The position numbers and the translations under genes were made by a program. The notes under the pieces were generated by a model. That model was not told where the DNA came from, searched no databases, and saw nothing but the letters and a program-made list of their open reading frames with translations. 64,000 nt of DNA from Centroscyllium fabricii (Eukaryota), in NCBI GenBank assembly GCA_051313645.2, contig JBNRSN020000020.1:106454001-106518000 (forward strand). Reading direction: 5' to 3'. Positions 46,901 through 58,900 of this stretch are shown here, piece by piece. The first letter of the stretch is position 1; each line of letters begins with the position of its first letter.

Positions 46901-49900
46901 AGTAATCTCTCCTCTTCAGTCAGTAATCTCCCCTCTTCAGTCAGTAATCTCTCCTCTTCAGTCAGTAATCTCTCCTCTTCAGTCAGTAATCTCACCTCTT
47001 CAGTCAGTAATCTCTCCTCTTCAGTCAGTAATCTCCCCTCTTCAGTCAGTAATCACCCCTCTTCAGTCAGTAATCTCCCCTCTTCAGTCAGTAATCTCCC
47101 CTCTTCAGTCAGTAATCTCTCCTCTTCAGTCAGTAATCTCCCCTCTTCAGTCAGTAATTTCTCCTCTTCAGTCAGTAATCTCTCCTCTTCAGTCAGTAAT
47201 CTCCCCTCTTCAGTCAGTAATCTCTCCTCTTCAGGCAGTAATCTCTCCTCTTCAGTCTGTAATCTCTCCTCTTCAGTCAGTAATCTTCCCTCTTCAGTCA
47301 GTAATCTTCCCTCTTCAGTCAGTAATCTCCCCTCTTGAGTCAGTAATCTCTCCTCTTCAGTCAGTAATCTCTCCTCTTCAGTCAGTAATCCCCCCTCTTC
47401 AGTCAGTAATCTCTCCTCTTCAGTCAGTAATATCCCCTCTTCAGTTAGTAATCTCTCCTCTTCAGTCAGTAATCTCTGCTCTTCAGTCAGTAATCTCCCC
47501 TCTTCAGTCAGTAATCTCTCCTCTTCAGTCAGTAATCTCCTCTCTTCAGTCAGTAATCTCTCATCTTCAGTCAGTAATCTCCCCTCTTCAGTCAGTAATC
47601 ACTCCTCCTCAGTCAGTAATCTCCCCTCTTCAGTCAGTAATCTCCCCTCTTCAGTCAGTAATCTCTCCTCTTCAGTCAGTAATCTCCCCTCTTCAGTCAG
47701 TAATCTCTCCTATTCAGTCAGTAATCTCCCCTCTTCAGTCAGTAATCACTCCTCTTCAGTCAGTAATCTCCCCTCTTCAGTCAGTAATCTCTCCTCTTCA
47801 GTCAGTAATCTCTCCTCTTCAGTCAGTAATCTCCCCTCTTCAGTCAGTAATCTCTCCTCTTCAGGCAGTAATCTCTCCTCTTCAGTCAGTAATCTCTCCT
47901 CTTCAGTCAGTAATCTCTCCTCTTCAGTCAGTAATCTCCCCTCTTCAGTCAGTAATCTCTCCTCTTCAGTCAGTAATCTACCCTCTTCAGTCAGTAATCC
48001 CCCCTCTTCAGTCAGTAATCTCTCCTCTTCAGTCAGTAATCTCCCCTCTTCAGTTAGTAATCTCCCCTCTTCAGTCAGTAATCTCCGCTCTTCAGTCAGT
48101 AATCTCCCCTCTTCAGTCAGTAATCTCTCCTCTTCAGTCAGTAATCACCCCTCTTCAGTCAGTAATCTCTCCTCTTCAGTCAGTAATCTCCCCTCTTCAG
48201 TCAGTAATCACTCCTCTTCAGTCAGTAATCTCCCCTCTTCAGTCAGTAATCTCCCCTCTTCAGTCAGTAATCTCTCCTCTTCAGTCAGTAATCTCTCCTC
48301 TTCAGTCAGTAATGTCTCCTCTTCAGTCAGTAATCTCCCCTCTTCAGTCAGTAATCTCTCCTCTTCAGTCAGTAATCTCCCCTCTTCAGTCAGTAATCTC
48401 TCCTCTTCAGGCAGTAATCTCTCCTCTTCAGTCAGTAATCTCTCCTCTTCAGTCAGTAATCTCTCCTCTTCAGTCAGTAATCTCTCCTCTTCAGTCAGTA
48501 ATCTCCCCTCTTCAGTCAGTAATCTCTCCTCTTCAGTCAGTAATCTCTCCTCTTCAGTCAGTAATCACCCCTCTTCAGTCAGTAATCTCTCCTCTTCAGT
48601 CAGTAATCTCCCCTCTTCAGTTAGTAATCTCCCCTCTTCAGTCAGTAATCTCCGCTCTTCAGTCAGTAATCTCCCCTCTTTAGTCAGTAATCTCTCCTCT
48701 TCAGTCAGTAATCACCCCTCTTCAGTCAGTAATCTCTCCTCTTCAGTCAGTAATCTCCCCTCTTCAGTCAGTAATCACTCCTCTTCAGTCAGTAATCTCC
48801 CCTCTTCAGTCAGTAATCTCCCCTCTTCAGTCAGTAATCTCTCCTCTTCAGTCAGTAATCTCTCCTCTTCAGTCAGTAATCTCTCCTCTTCAGTCAGTAA
48901 TCTCCCCTCTTCAGTTAGTAATCTCCCCTCTTCAGTCAGTAATCTCCCCTCTTCAGTCAGTAATCTCTCCTCTTCAGTCAGTAATCTCCCCTCTTCAGTC
49001 AGTAATCTCTCCTCTTCTGTCAGTAATCTCCCCTCTTCAGTCAGTAATCTCTCCTCTTTAGACAGTAATCTCCCCTCTTCAGACAGTAATCTCCCTTCTT
49101 CAGTCAGTAATCTCTCCACTTCAGACAGTAATCTACCCTCTTCAGTCAGTAATCTCTCCGCTTCAGTCAGTAATCTCCCCTCTTCAGTCAGTAATCTCTC
49201 CTCTTCAGTCAGTAATCTCTCCTATTCAGTCAGTAATCTCCCCTCTTCAGTTAGTAATCTCTCCTCTTCAGTCAGTAATCTCCCCTCTTCAGTCAGTGAT
49301 CTCTCCTCTTCAGTCAGTAATCTCCCCTCTTCAGTCAGTAATCTCTCCTCTTCAGTCAGTAATCTCTCCTCTTCAGTCAGTAATCTCCCCTCTTCAGTTG
49401 GTAATCTCTCCTCTTCAGTCAGTAATCTCTGCTCTTCAGTCAGTAATCTCTCCTCTTCAGTCAGTAATCTCCCCTCTTCAGTCAGTAATCTCTCATCTTC
49501 AGTTAGTAATCTCCCCTCTTCAGTCAGTAATCTCTCCTCTTCAGTCAGTAATCTCCCCTCTTCAGTCAGTAATCTCCCCTCTTCAGTCAGTAATCTCTCC
49601 TCTTCAGTCAGTAATCTCCCCTCTTCAGTCAGTAATCTCTCCTCTTCAGTCAGTAATCTCTCCTCTTCAGTCAGTAATCTCACCTCTTCAGTCAGTAATC
49701 TCTCCTCTTCAGTCAGTAATCTCCCCTCTTCAGTCAGTAATCACCCCTCTTCAGTCAGTAATCTCCCCTCTTCAGTCAGTAATCTCCCCTCTTCAGTCAG
49801 TAATCTCTCCTCTTCAGTCAGTAATCTCCCCTCTTCAGTCAGTAATTTCTCCTCTTCAGTCAGTAATCTCTCCTCTTCAGTCAGTAATCTCCCCTCTTCA

Positions 49901-52900
49901 GTCAGTAATCTCTCCTCTTCAGGCAGTAATCTCTCCTCTTCAGTCTGTAATCTCTCCTCTTCAGTCAGTAATCTTCCCTCTTCAGTCAGTAATCTTCCCT
50001 CTTCAGTCAGTAATCTCCCCTCTTGAGTCAGTAATCTCTCCTCTTCAGTCAGTAATCTCTCCTCTTCAGTCAGTAATCCCCCCTCTTCAGTCAGTAATCT
50101 CTCCTCTTCAGTCAGTAATATCCCCTCTTCAGTTAGTAATCTCTCCTCTTCAGTCAGTAATCTCTGCTCTTCAGTCAGTAATCTCCCCTCTTCAGTCAGT
50201 AATCTCTCCTCTTCAGTCAGTAATCTCCTCTCTTCAGTCAGTAATCTCTCATCTTCAGTCAGTAATCTCCCCTCTTCAGTCAGTAATCACTCCTCCTCAG
50301 TCAGTAATCTCCCCTCTTCAGTCAGTAATCTCCCCTCTTCAGTCAGTAATCTCTCCTCTTCAGTCAGTAATCTCTCCTCTTCAGTCAGTAATCTCTCCTC
50401 TTCAGTCATTAATCTCCCCTCTTCAGTTAGTAATCTCCCCTCTTCAGTCAGTAATCTCTCCTCTTCAGTCAGTAATCTCTCCTCTTCAGTCAGTAATCTC
50501 CCCTCTTCAGTCAGTAATCTCTCCTCTTCTGTCAGTAATCTCCCCTCTTCAGTCAGTAATCTCTCCTATTCAGTCAATAATCTCCCCTCTTCAGTCAGTA
50601 ATCTCTCCTCTTCAGTCAGTAATCTCCCCTCTTCAGTCAGTAATCTCTCCTCTTCAGTCAGTAATCTCTCCTCTTCTGTCAGTAATCTCTCCTCTTCAGT
50701 CAGTAATCTCTCCTCTTCAGTCAGTAATCTCTCCTCTTCAGTCAGTAATCTCTCCTCTTCAGTCAGTAATCTCCCCTCTTCAGTCAGTAATCTCCCCTCT
50801 TCAGTCAGTAATCTCGCCTCTTCAGTTAGAAATCTCTCCTCTTCAGTCAGTAATCTCTCCTTTTCAGTCAGTAATCTCCCCTCTTCAGTCAGTAATCTCC
50901 CCTCTTCAGTCAGTAATCTCTCCTCTTCAGTCAGTAATCTCCCCTCTTCAGTCAGTAATCTCTCCTCTTCAGTCAGTAATCTCTCCTCTTCAGTCAGTAA
51001 TCTCCCCTCTTCAGTCAGTAATCTCCCCTCTTCAGTCAGTAATCTCTCCTCTTCAGTCAGTAATCTCCCCTCTTCAGTTAGTAATCTCTGCTCTTCAGTC
51101 AGTAATCTCCCCTCTTCAGTCAGTAATCACCCCTCTTCAGTCAGTAATCTCCACTCTTCAGTCAGTAATCTCCTCTCTTCAGTCAGTAAACTCGCCCTGC
51201 AGTCAGTAATCTCTCCTCTTCAGTCAGTAATCTCTCCTCTTCAGTCAGTAATCTCCCCTCTTCAGTCAATAATCTCCCTCTTCAGTCAGTAATCTCTCCT
51301 CTTCAGTCAGTAATCTCTCTTCAGTCAGTAATCTCCCCATTTCAGTCAGTAATCTCTCCTCTTCAGTCAGTAATCTCCACTCTTCAGTCAGTAATCTCAC
51401 CTCTTCAGTCAGTAATCTCTCCTCTTCAGTCAGTAATCTCTCCTCTTCTGTCAGTAATCTCTCCTCTTCAGTCAGTAATCTCTCCTCTTCAGTCAGTAAT
51501 CTCTCCTCTTCAGTTAGTAATCTCTCATCTTCAGTCAGTAATCTCTCCTCTTCAGTCAGTAATCTCCCCTCTTCAGTCAGTAATCTCTCCTCTTCAGTCA
51601 GTAATATTTTCTCTTCAGTCAGTAATCTCCCCTCTTCAGTCAGTAATCTCTCATCTTCAGTCAGTAATCTCTCCTCTTCAGTCAGTAATCTCTCCTCTTC
51701 AGTCAGTAATCTCTCCTCTTCAGTTAGTAATCTCCCCTCTTCAGTCAGTAATCTCTCCTCTTCAGTCAGTAATCTCCCCTCTTCAGTCAGTAATCTCCTC
51801 TCTTCAGTCAGTAAACTCCCTCTTCAGTCAGTAATCTGTCCTCTTCAGTCAGTAATCTCTCCTCTTCAGTCAGTAATCTCCCCTCTTCAGTCAGTAACCT
51901 CCCTCTTCTGTCAGTAATCTCTCCTCTTCAGTCAGTAATGTCCCCTCTTCAGTCAGTAATCACTCCTCTTCAGTCAGTAATCTCCCCTCTTCAGTCAGTA
52001 ATCTCTGCTCTTCAGTCAGTAATCTCTCCTCTTCAGTCAGTAATCTCCCCTCTTCAGTCAGTAATCTCCCCTCTTCAGTCAGTAATCTCCCCTCTTCAGT
52101 CAGTAATCTCCCCTCTTCAGTCTGTAATCTCCCCTCTTCAGTCTGTAATCTCTCCTCTTCAGTCAATAATCTCCCCTCTTCAGTCAGTAATCTCTCCTCT
52201 TCAGTCAGTAATCTCCCCTCTTCAGTCAGTAATGTCTCCTCTTCAGTCAGTAATCTCCCACTTCAGTCATTAAGATCCCCTCTTCAGTCTGTAATCTCTC
52301 CTCTTCAGTCAGTAATCTCCCCTCTTCAGTTAGTAATCGCTCCTCTTCAGTCATTAATTTCCCCTCTTCAGTCAGTAATCTCTCCTCTTCAGTCAGTAAT
52401 CTCCCCTCTTCAGTCAGTAATCTCTCCTCTCTTCAGTCAGTAATCTCCCCTCTTCAGTCAGTAATCTCCCCTCTTCAGTTAGTAATCTCCCCTCTTCTGT
52501 CAGTAATCTCTCCTCTTCAGTCAGTAATCTCTCCTCTTCAGTCAGTAATCTCTCCTCTTCAGTCAGTAATCTCTCCTCTTCACTCAGTAATCTCTCCTCT
52601 TCAGTCAGTAATCTCTCCTCTTCAGTCAGTAATCTCTCCTCTTCAGTCAGTAATCTCCCTTCTTCGGTCAGTAATCCCCCCTCTAGTCAGTAATCTCCCC
52701 TCTTCAGTCAGTAATCTCCCCTCTTCAGTTATTAATCTCTCCTCTTCAGTCAGTAATCTCTCTTCTTCAGTCAGTAATCTCTCTTCTTCAGTCAGTAATC
52801 TCCCCTCTTCAGTCAGTAATCTCCCTCTTCTGTCAGTAATCTCTCCTCTTCAGTCAGTAATCTCCCCTCTTCAGTCAGTAATCTCCCCTCTTCAGTCAGT

Positions 52901-55900
52901 AATCTCCCTTCTTCGGTCAGTAATCCCCACTCCAGTCAGTAATCTCCCCCCTTCAGTCAGTAATCTCCCCTCTTCAGTTAGTAATCTCTCCTCTTCAGTC
53001 AGTAATCTCTACTCTTCAGTCAGTAATCTCCCCTCTTCAGTCAGTAATCTCCCCTCTTCAGTCAGTAATCTCCTCTCTTCAGTCAGTAAACTCCCTCTTC
53101 AGTCAGTAATCTCTCCTCTTCAGTCAGTAATCTCTCCTCTTCAGTCAGTAATCTCCCCTCTTCAATCAGTAATCTCCCTCTTCAGTCAGTAATCTCTCCT
53201 CTTCAGTCAGTAATCTCTCCTCTTCAGTCAGTAATCTCTCCTCTTCAGTCAGTAATCTCTCCTCTTCAGTTAGTAATCTCTCCTCTTCAGTCAGTAATCT
53301 CCTCTCTTCAGTCAGTAATCTCTCCTCTTCAGTCAGTAATCTCCCCTCTTCAGTCAGTAATCTCCTCCTTCCGTCAGTAATCTCCCCTCTTCAGTCAGTA
53401 ATCGCTCCTCTTCAGTCAGTAATCTCCCCTCTTCAGTCAGTAATCTCACCTCTTCAGTCGGTTATCTCTCCTCTTCAGTCAGTAATCTCCCCTCTTCAGT
53501 CAGAAATCTCCCCTCTTCAGTCAGTAATCTCCCCTCTTCAGTCAGTGATCTCCCTCTTCAGTCAGTAATCTCTCCTCTTCAGTCAGTAATCTCTCCTCTT
53601 CAGTCAGTAATCTCCCCTCTTCAGTCAGTAACCTCCCTCTTCTGTCAGTAATCTCTCCTCTTCAGTCAGTAATCTCCCCTCTTCAGTCAGTAATCTCCCC
53701 TCTTCAGTCAGTAATCTCCCCTCTTCATTCAGTAATCTCCACTCTTCAGTCAGTGATCTCCCTCTTAAGTCAGTAATCTCTCCTCTTCAGTCAGTAATCT
53801 CTCCTCTTCAGTCAGTAATCTCTCCTCTTCAGTTAGTAAGCTCTCCTCTTCAGTCAGTAATCTCCTCTCTTCAGTCAGTAATCTCTCCTTTTCAGTCAGT
53901 AATCTCTCCTCTTCAGTCAGTAATCTCTCCACTTCAGTCAGTAATCTCTCCTCTTCAGTCAGTAATCTCCCTTCTTCGGTCAGTAATCCCCACTCCAGTC
54001 AGTAATCTCCCCCCTTCAGTCAGTAATCTCCCCTCTTCTGTTAGTAATCTCTCCTCTTCAGTCAGTAATCTCTACTCTTCAGTCAGTAATCTCCCCTCTT
54101 CAGTCAGTAATCTCTCCTCTTCAGTCAGTAATCTCTCCTCTTCAGTCAGTAATCTCCCCTCTTCAGTCAGTAATCTCTCCTCTTCAGTCAGTCATCTCCC
54201 TCTTCAGTCAGTAATCTCTCCACTTCAGTCAGTAATCTCTCCTCTTCAGTCAGTTATCTCCCTTCTTCGGTCAGTAATCCCCACTCCAGTCAGTAATCTC
54301 CCCCCCTCAGTCAGTAATCTCTCCTCTTCAGTCAGTAATCTCCCCTCTTCAGTTAGTAATCTCTGCTCTTCAGTCAGTAATCTCCCCTCTTCAGTCAGTA
54401 ATCACCCCTCTTCAGTCAGTAATCTCCACTCTTCAGTCAGTAATCTCCTCTCTTCAGTCAGTAAACTCGCCCTGCAGTCAGTAATCTCTCCTCTTCAGTC
54501 AGTAATCTCTCCTCTTCAGTCAGTAATCTCCCCTCTTCAGTCAATAATCTCCCTCTTCAGTCAGTAATCTCTCCTCTTCAGTCAGTAATCTCTCTTCAGT
54601 CAGTAATCTCCCCATTTCAGTCAGTAATCTCTCCTCTTCAGTCAGTAATCTCCACTCTTCAGTCAGTAATCTCACCTCTTCAGTCAGTAATCTCTCCTCC
54701 TCAGACAGTAATCTCTCCTCTTCTGTCAGTAATCTCTCCTCTTCAGTCAGTAATCTCTCCTCTTCAGTCAGTAATCTCTCCTCTTCAGTTAGTAATCTCT
54801 CATCTTCAGTCAGTAATCTCTCCTCTTCAGTCAGTAATCTCCCCTCTTCAGTCAGTAATCTCTCCTCTTCAGTCAGTAATATCTTCTCTTCAGTCAGTAA
54901 TCTCCCCTCTTCAGTCAGTAATCTCTCATCTTCAGTCAGTAATCTCTCCTCTTCAGTCAGTAATCTCTCCTCTTCAGTCAGTAATCTCTCCTCTTCAGTT
55001 AGTAATCTCCCCTCTTCAGTCAGTAATCTCTCCTCTTCAGTCAGTAATCTCCCCTCTTCAGTCAGTAATCTCCTCTCTTCAGTCAGTAAACTCCCTCTTC
55101 AGTCAGTAATCTGTCCTCTTCAGTCAGTAATCTCTCCTCTTCAGTCAGTAATCTCCCCTCTTCAGTCAGTAACCTCCCTCTTCTGTCAGTAATCTCTCCT
55201 CTTCAGTCAGTAATGTCCCCTCTTCAGTCAGTAATCACTCCTCTTCAGTCAGTAATCTCCCCTCTTCAGTCAGTAATCTCTGCTCTTCAGTCAGTAATCT
55301 CTCCTCTTCAGTCAGTAATCTCCCCTCTTCAGTCAGTAATCTCCCCTCTTCAGTCGGTAATCTCCCCTCTTCAGTCAGTAATCTCCCCTCTTCAGTCAGT
55401 AATCTCCCCTCTTCAGTCTGTAATCTCTCCTCTTCAGTCAATAATCTCCCCTCTTCAGTCAGTAATCTCTCCTCTTCAGTCAGTAATCTCCCCTCTTCAG
55501 TCAGTAATCTCTCCTCTTCAGTCAGTAATCTCCCTCTTCAGTCATTAAGATCCCCTCTTCAGTCTGTAATCTCTCCTCTTCAGTCAGTAATCTCCCCTCT
55601 TCAGTTAGTAATCGCTCCTCTTCAGTCAGTAATTTCCCCTCTTCAGTCAGTAATGTCTCCTCTTCAGTCAGTAATCTCCCCTCTTCAGTCAGTAATCTCT
55701 CCTCTCTTCAGTCAGTAATCTCCCCTCTTCAGTCAGTAATCTCCCCTCTTCAGTTAGTAATCTCCCCTCTTCAGTCAGTAATCTCTCCTCTTCAGTCAGT
55801 AATCTCTCCTCTTCAGTCAGTAATCTCTCCTCTTCAGTCAGTAATCTCTCCTCTTCAGTCAGTAATCTCTCCTCTTCACTCAGTAATCTCTCCTCTTCAG

Positions 55901-58900
55901 TCAATAATCTCTCCTCTTCAGTCAGTAATCTCTCCTCTTCAGTCAGTAATCTCCCTTCTTCGGTCAGTAATCCCCCCTCTAGTCAGTAATCTCCCCTCTT
56001 CAGTCAGTAATCTCCCCTCTTCAGTTATTAATCTCTCCTCTTCAGTCAGTAATCTCTCTTCTTCAGTCAGTAATCTCTCTTCTTCAGTCAGTAATCTCCC
56101 CTCTTCAGTCAGTAATCTCCCTCTTCTGTCAGTAATCTCTCCTCTTCAGTCAGTAATCTCCCCTCTTCAGTCAGTAATCTCCCCTCTTCAGTCAGTAATC
56201 TCCCTTCTTCGGTCAGTAATCCCCACTCCAGTCAGTAATCTCCCCCCTTCAGTCAGTAATCTCCCCTCTTCAGTTAGTAATGTCTCCTCTTCAGTCAGTA
56301 ATCTCTACTCTTCAGTCAGTAATCTCCCCTCTTCAGTCAGTAATCTCCCCTCTTCAGTCAGTAATCTCCTCTCTTCAGTCAGTAAACTCCCTCTTCAGTC
56401 AGTAATCTCTCCTCTTCAGTCAGTAATCTCTCCTCTTCAGTCAGTAATCTCCCCTCTTCAATCAGTAATCTCCCTCTTCAGTCAGTAATCTCTCCTCTTC
56501 AGTCAGTAATCTCTCCTCTTCAGTCAGTAATCTCTTCTCTTCAGTCAGTAATCTCTCCTCTTCAGTTAGTAATCTCTCCTCTTCAGTCAGTAATCTCCTC
56601 TCTTCAGTCAGTAATCTCTCCTCTTCAGTCAGTAATCTCCCCTCTTCAGTCAGTAATCTCCTCCTTCCGTCAGTAATCTCCCCTCTTCAGTCAGTAATCG
56701 CTCCTCTTCAGTCAGTAATCTCCCCTCTTCAGTCAGTAATCTCACCTCTTCATTCGGTTATCTCTCCTCTTCAGTCAGTAATCTCCCCTCTTCAGTCAGA
56801 AATCTCCCCTCTTCAGTCAGTAATCTCCCCTCTTCAGTCAGTGATCTCCCTCTTCAGTCAGTAATCTCTCCTCTTCAGTCAGTAATCTCTCCTCTTCAGT
56901 CAGTAATCTCCCCTCTTCAGTCAGTAACCTCCCTCTTCTGTCAGTAATCTCTCCTCTTCAGTCAGTAATCTCCCCTCTTCAGTCAGTAATCTCCCCTCTT
57001 CAGTCAGTAATCTCCCCTCTTCATTCAGTAATCTACACTCTTCAGTCAGTGATCTCCCTCTTAAGTCAGTAATCTCTCCTCTTCAGTCAGTAATCTCTCC
57101 TCTTCAGTCAGTAATCTCTCCTCTTCAGTTAGTAAGCTCTCCTCTTCAGTCAGTAATCTCCTCTCTTCAGTCAGTAATCTCTCCTTTTCAGTCAGTAATC
57201 TCTCCTCTTCAGTCAGTAATCTCTCCACTTCAGTCAGTAATCTCTCCTCTTCAGTCAGTAATCTCCCTTCTTCGGTCAGTAATCCACACTCCAGTCAGTA
57301 ATCTCCCCCCTTCAGTCAGTAATCTCCCCTCTTCAGTTAGTAATCTCTCCTCTTCAGTCAGTAATCTCTACTCTTCAGTCAGTAATCTCCCCTCTTCAGT
57401 CAGTAATCTCTCCTCTTCAGTCAGTAATCTCTCCTCTTCAGTCAGTAATCTCCCCTCTTCAGTCAGTAATCTCTCCTCTTCAGTCAGTCATCTCCCTCTT
57501 CAGTCAGTAATCTCTCCACTTCAGTCAGTAATCTCTCCTCTTCAGTCAGTTATCTCCCTTCTTCGGTCAGTAATCCCCACTCCAGTCAGTAATCTCCCCC
57601 CTTCAGTCAGTAATCTCCCCTCTTCAGTTAGTTATCTCTCCTCTTCAGTCAGTAATCTCTACTCTTCAGTCAGTAATCTCCCCTCTTCAGTCAGTAATCT
57701 CTCCTCTTCAGTCAGTAATCTCTACTCTTCAGTCAGTAATCTCCCCTCTTCAGTCAGTAATCTCTCCTCTTCAGTCAGTCATCTCCCTCTTCAGTCAGTA
57801 AGATCCCCTCTTCAGTCAGTAATCTCCCCTCTTCAGTCAGTAATCTCCCTCTTCAGTCAGTAATCTCCCCTCCTCAGTCAGTAATCTCTCCTCTTCAGTC
57901 AGTAATCTCTCCTCTTCAGTCAGTAATCCCCCCTCTTCAGTCAGTAATCTCTCCTCTTCAGTCAGTAATCTCCCCTCTTCAGTCAGTAATCTCTCCTCTC
58001 TTCAGTCAGTAATCTCCCCTCTTCAGTCAGTAATCTCCCCTCTTCAGTTAGTAATCTCCCCTCTTCAGTCAGTAATCTCTCCTCTTCAGTCAGTAATCTC
58101 TCCTCTTCAGTCAGTAATCTCTCCTCTTCAGTCAGTAATCTCTCCTCTTCAGTCAGTAATCTCTCCTCTTCACTCAGTAATCTCTCCTCTTCAGTCAGTA
58201 ATCTCTCCTCTTCAGTCAGTAATCTCTCCTCTTCAGTCAGTAATCTCCCTTCTTCGGTCAGTAATCCCCCCTCTAGTCAGTAATCTCCCCTCTTCAGTCA
58301 GTAATCTCCCCTCTTCAGTTATTAATCTCTCCTCTTCAGTCAGTAATCTCTCTTCTTCAGTCAGTAATCTCTCTTCTTCAGTCAGTAATCTCCCCTCTTC
58401 AGTCAGTAATCTCCCTCTTCTGTCAGTAATCTCTCCTCTTCAGTCAGTAATCTCCCCTCTTCAGTCAGTAATCTCCCCTCTTCAGTCAGTAATCTCCCTT
58501 CTTCGGTCAGTAATCCCCACTCCAGTCAGTAATCTCCCCCCTTCAGTCAGTAATCTCCCCTCTTCAGTTAGTAATCTCTCCTCTTCAGTCAGTAATCTCT
58601 ACTCTTCAGTCAGTAATCTCCCCTCTTCAGTCAGTAATCTCCCCTCTTCAGTCAGTAATCTCCTCTCTTCAGTCAGTAAACTCCCTCTTCAGTCAGTAAT
58701 CTCTCCTCTTCAGTCAGTAATCTCTCCTCTTCAGTCAGTAATCTCCCCTCTTCAATCAGTAATCTCCCTCTTCAGTCAGTAATCTCTCCTCTTCAGTCAG
58801 TAATCTCTCCTCTTCAGTCAGTAATCTCTCCTCTTCAGTCAGTAATCTCTCCTCTTCAGTTAGTAATCTCTCCTCTTCAGTCAGTAATCTCCTCTCTTCA

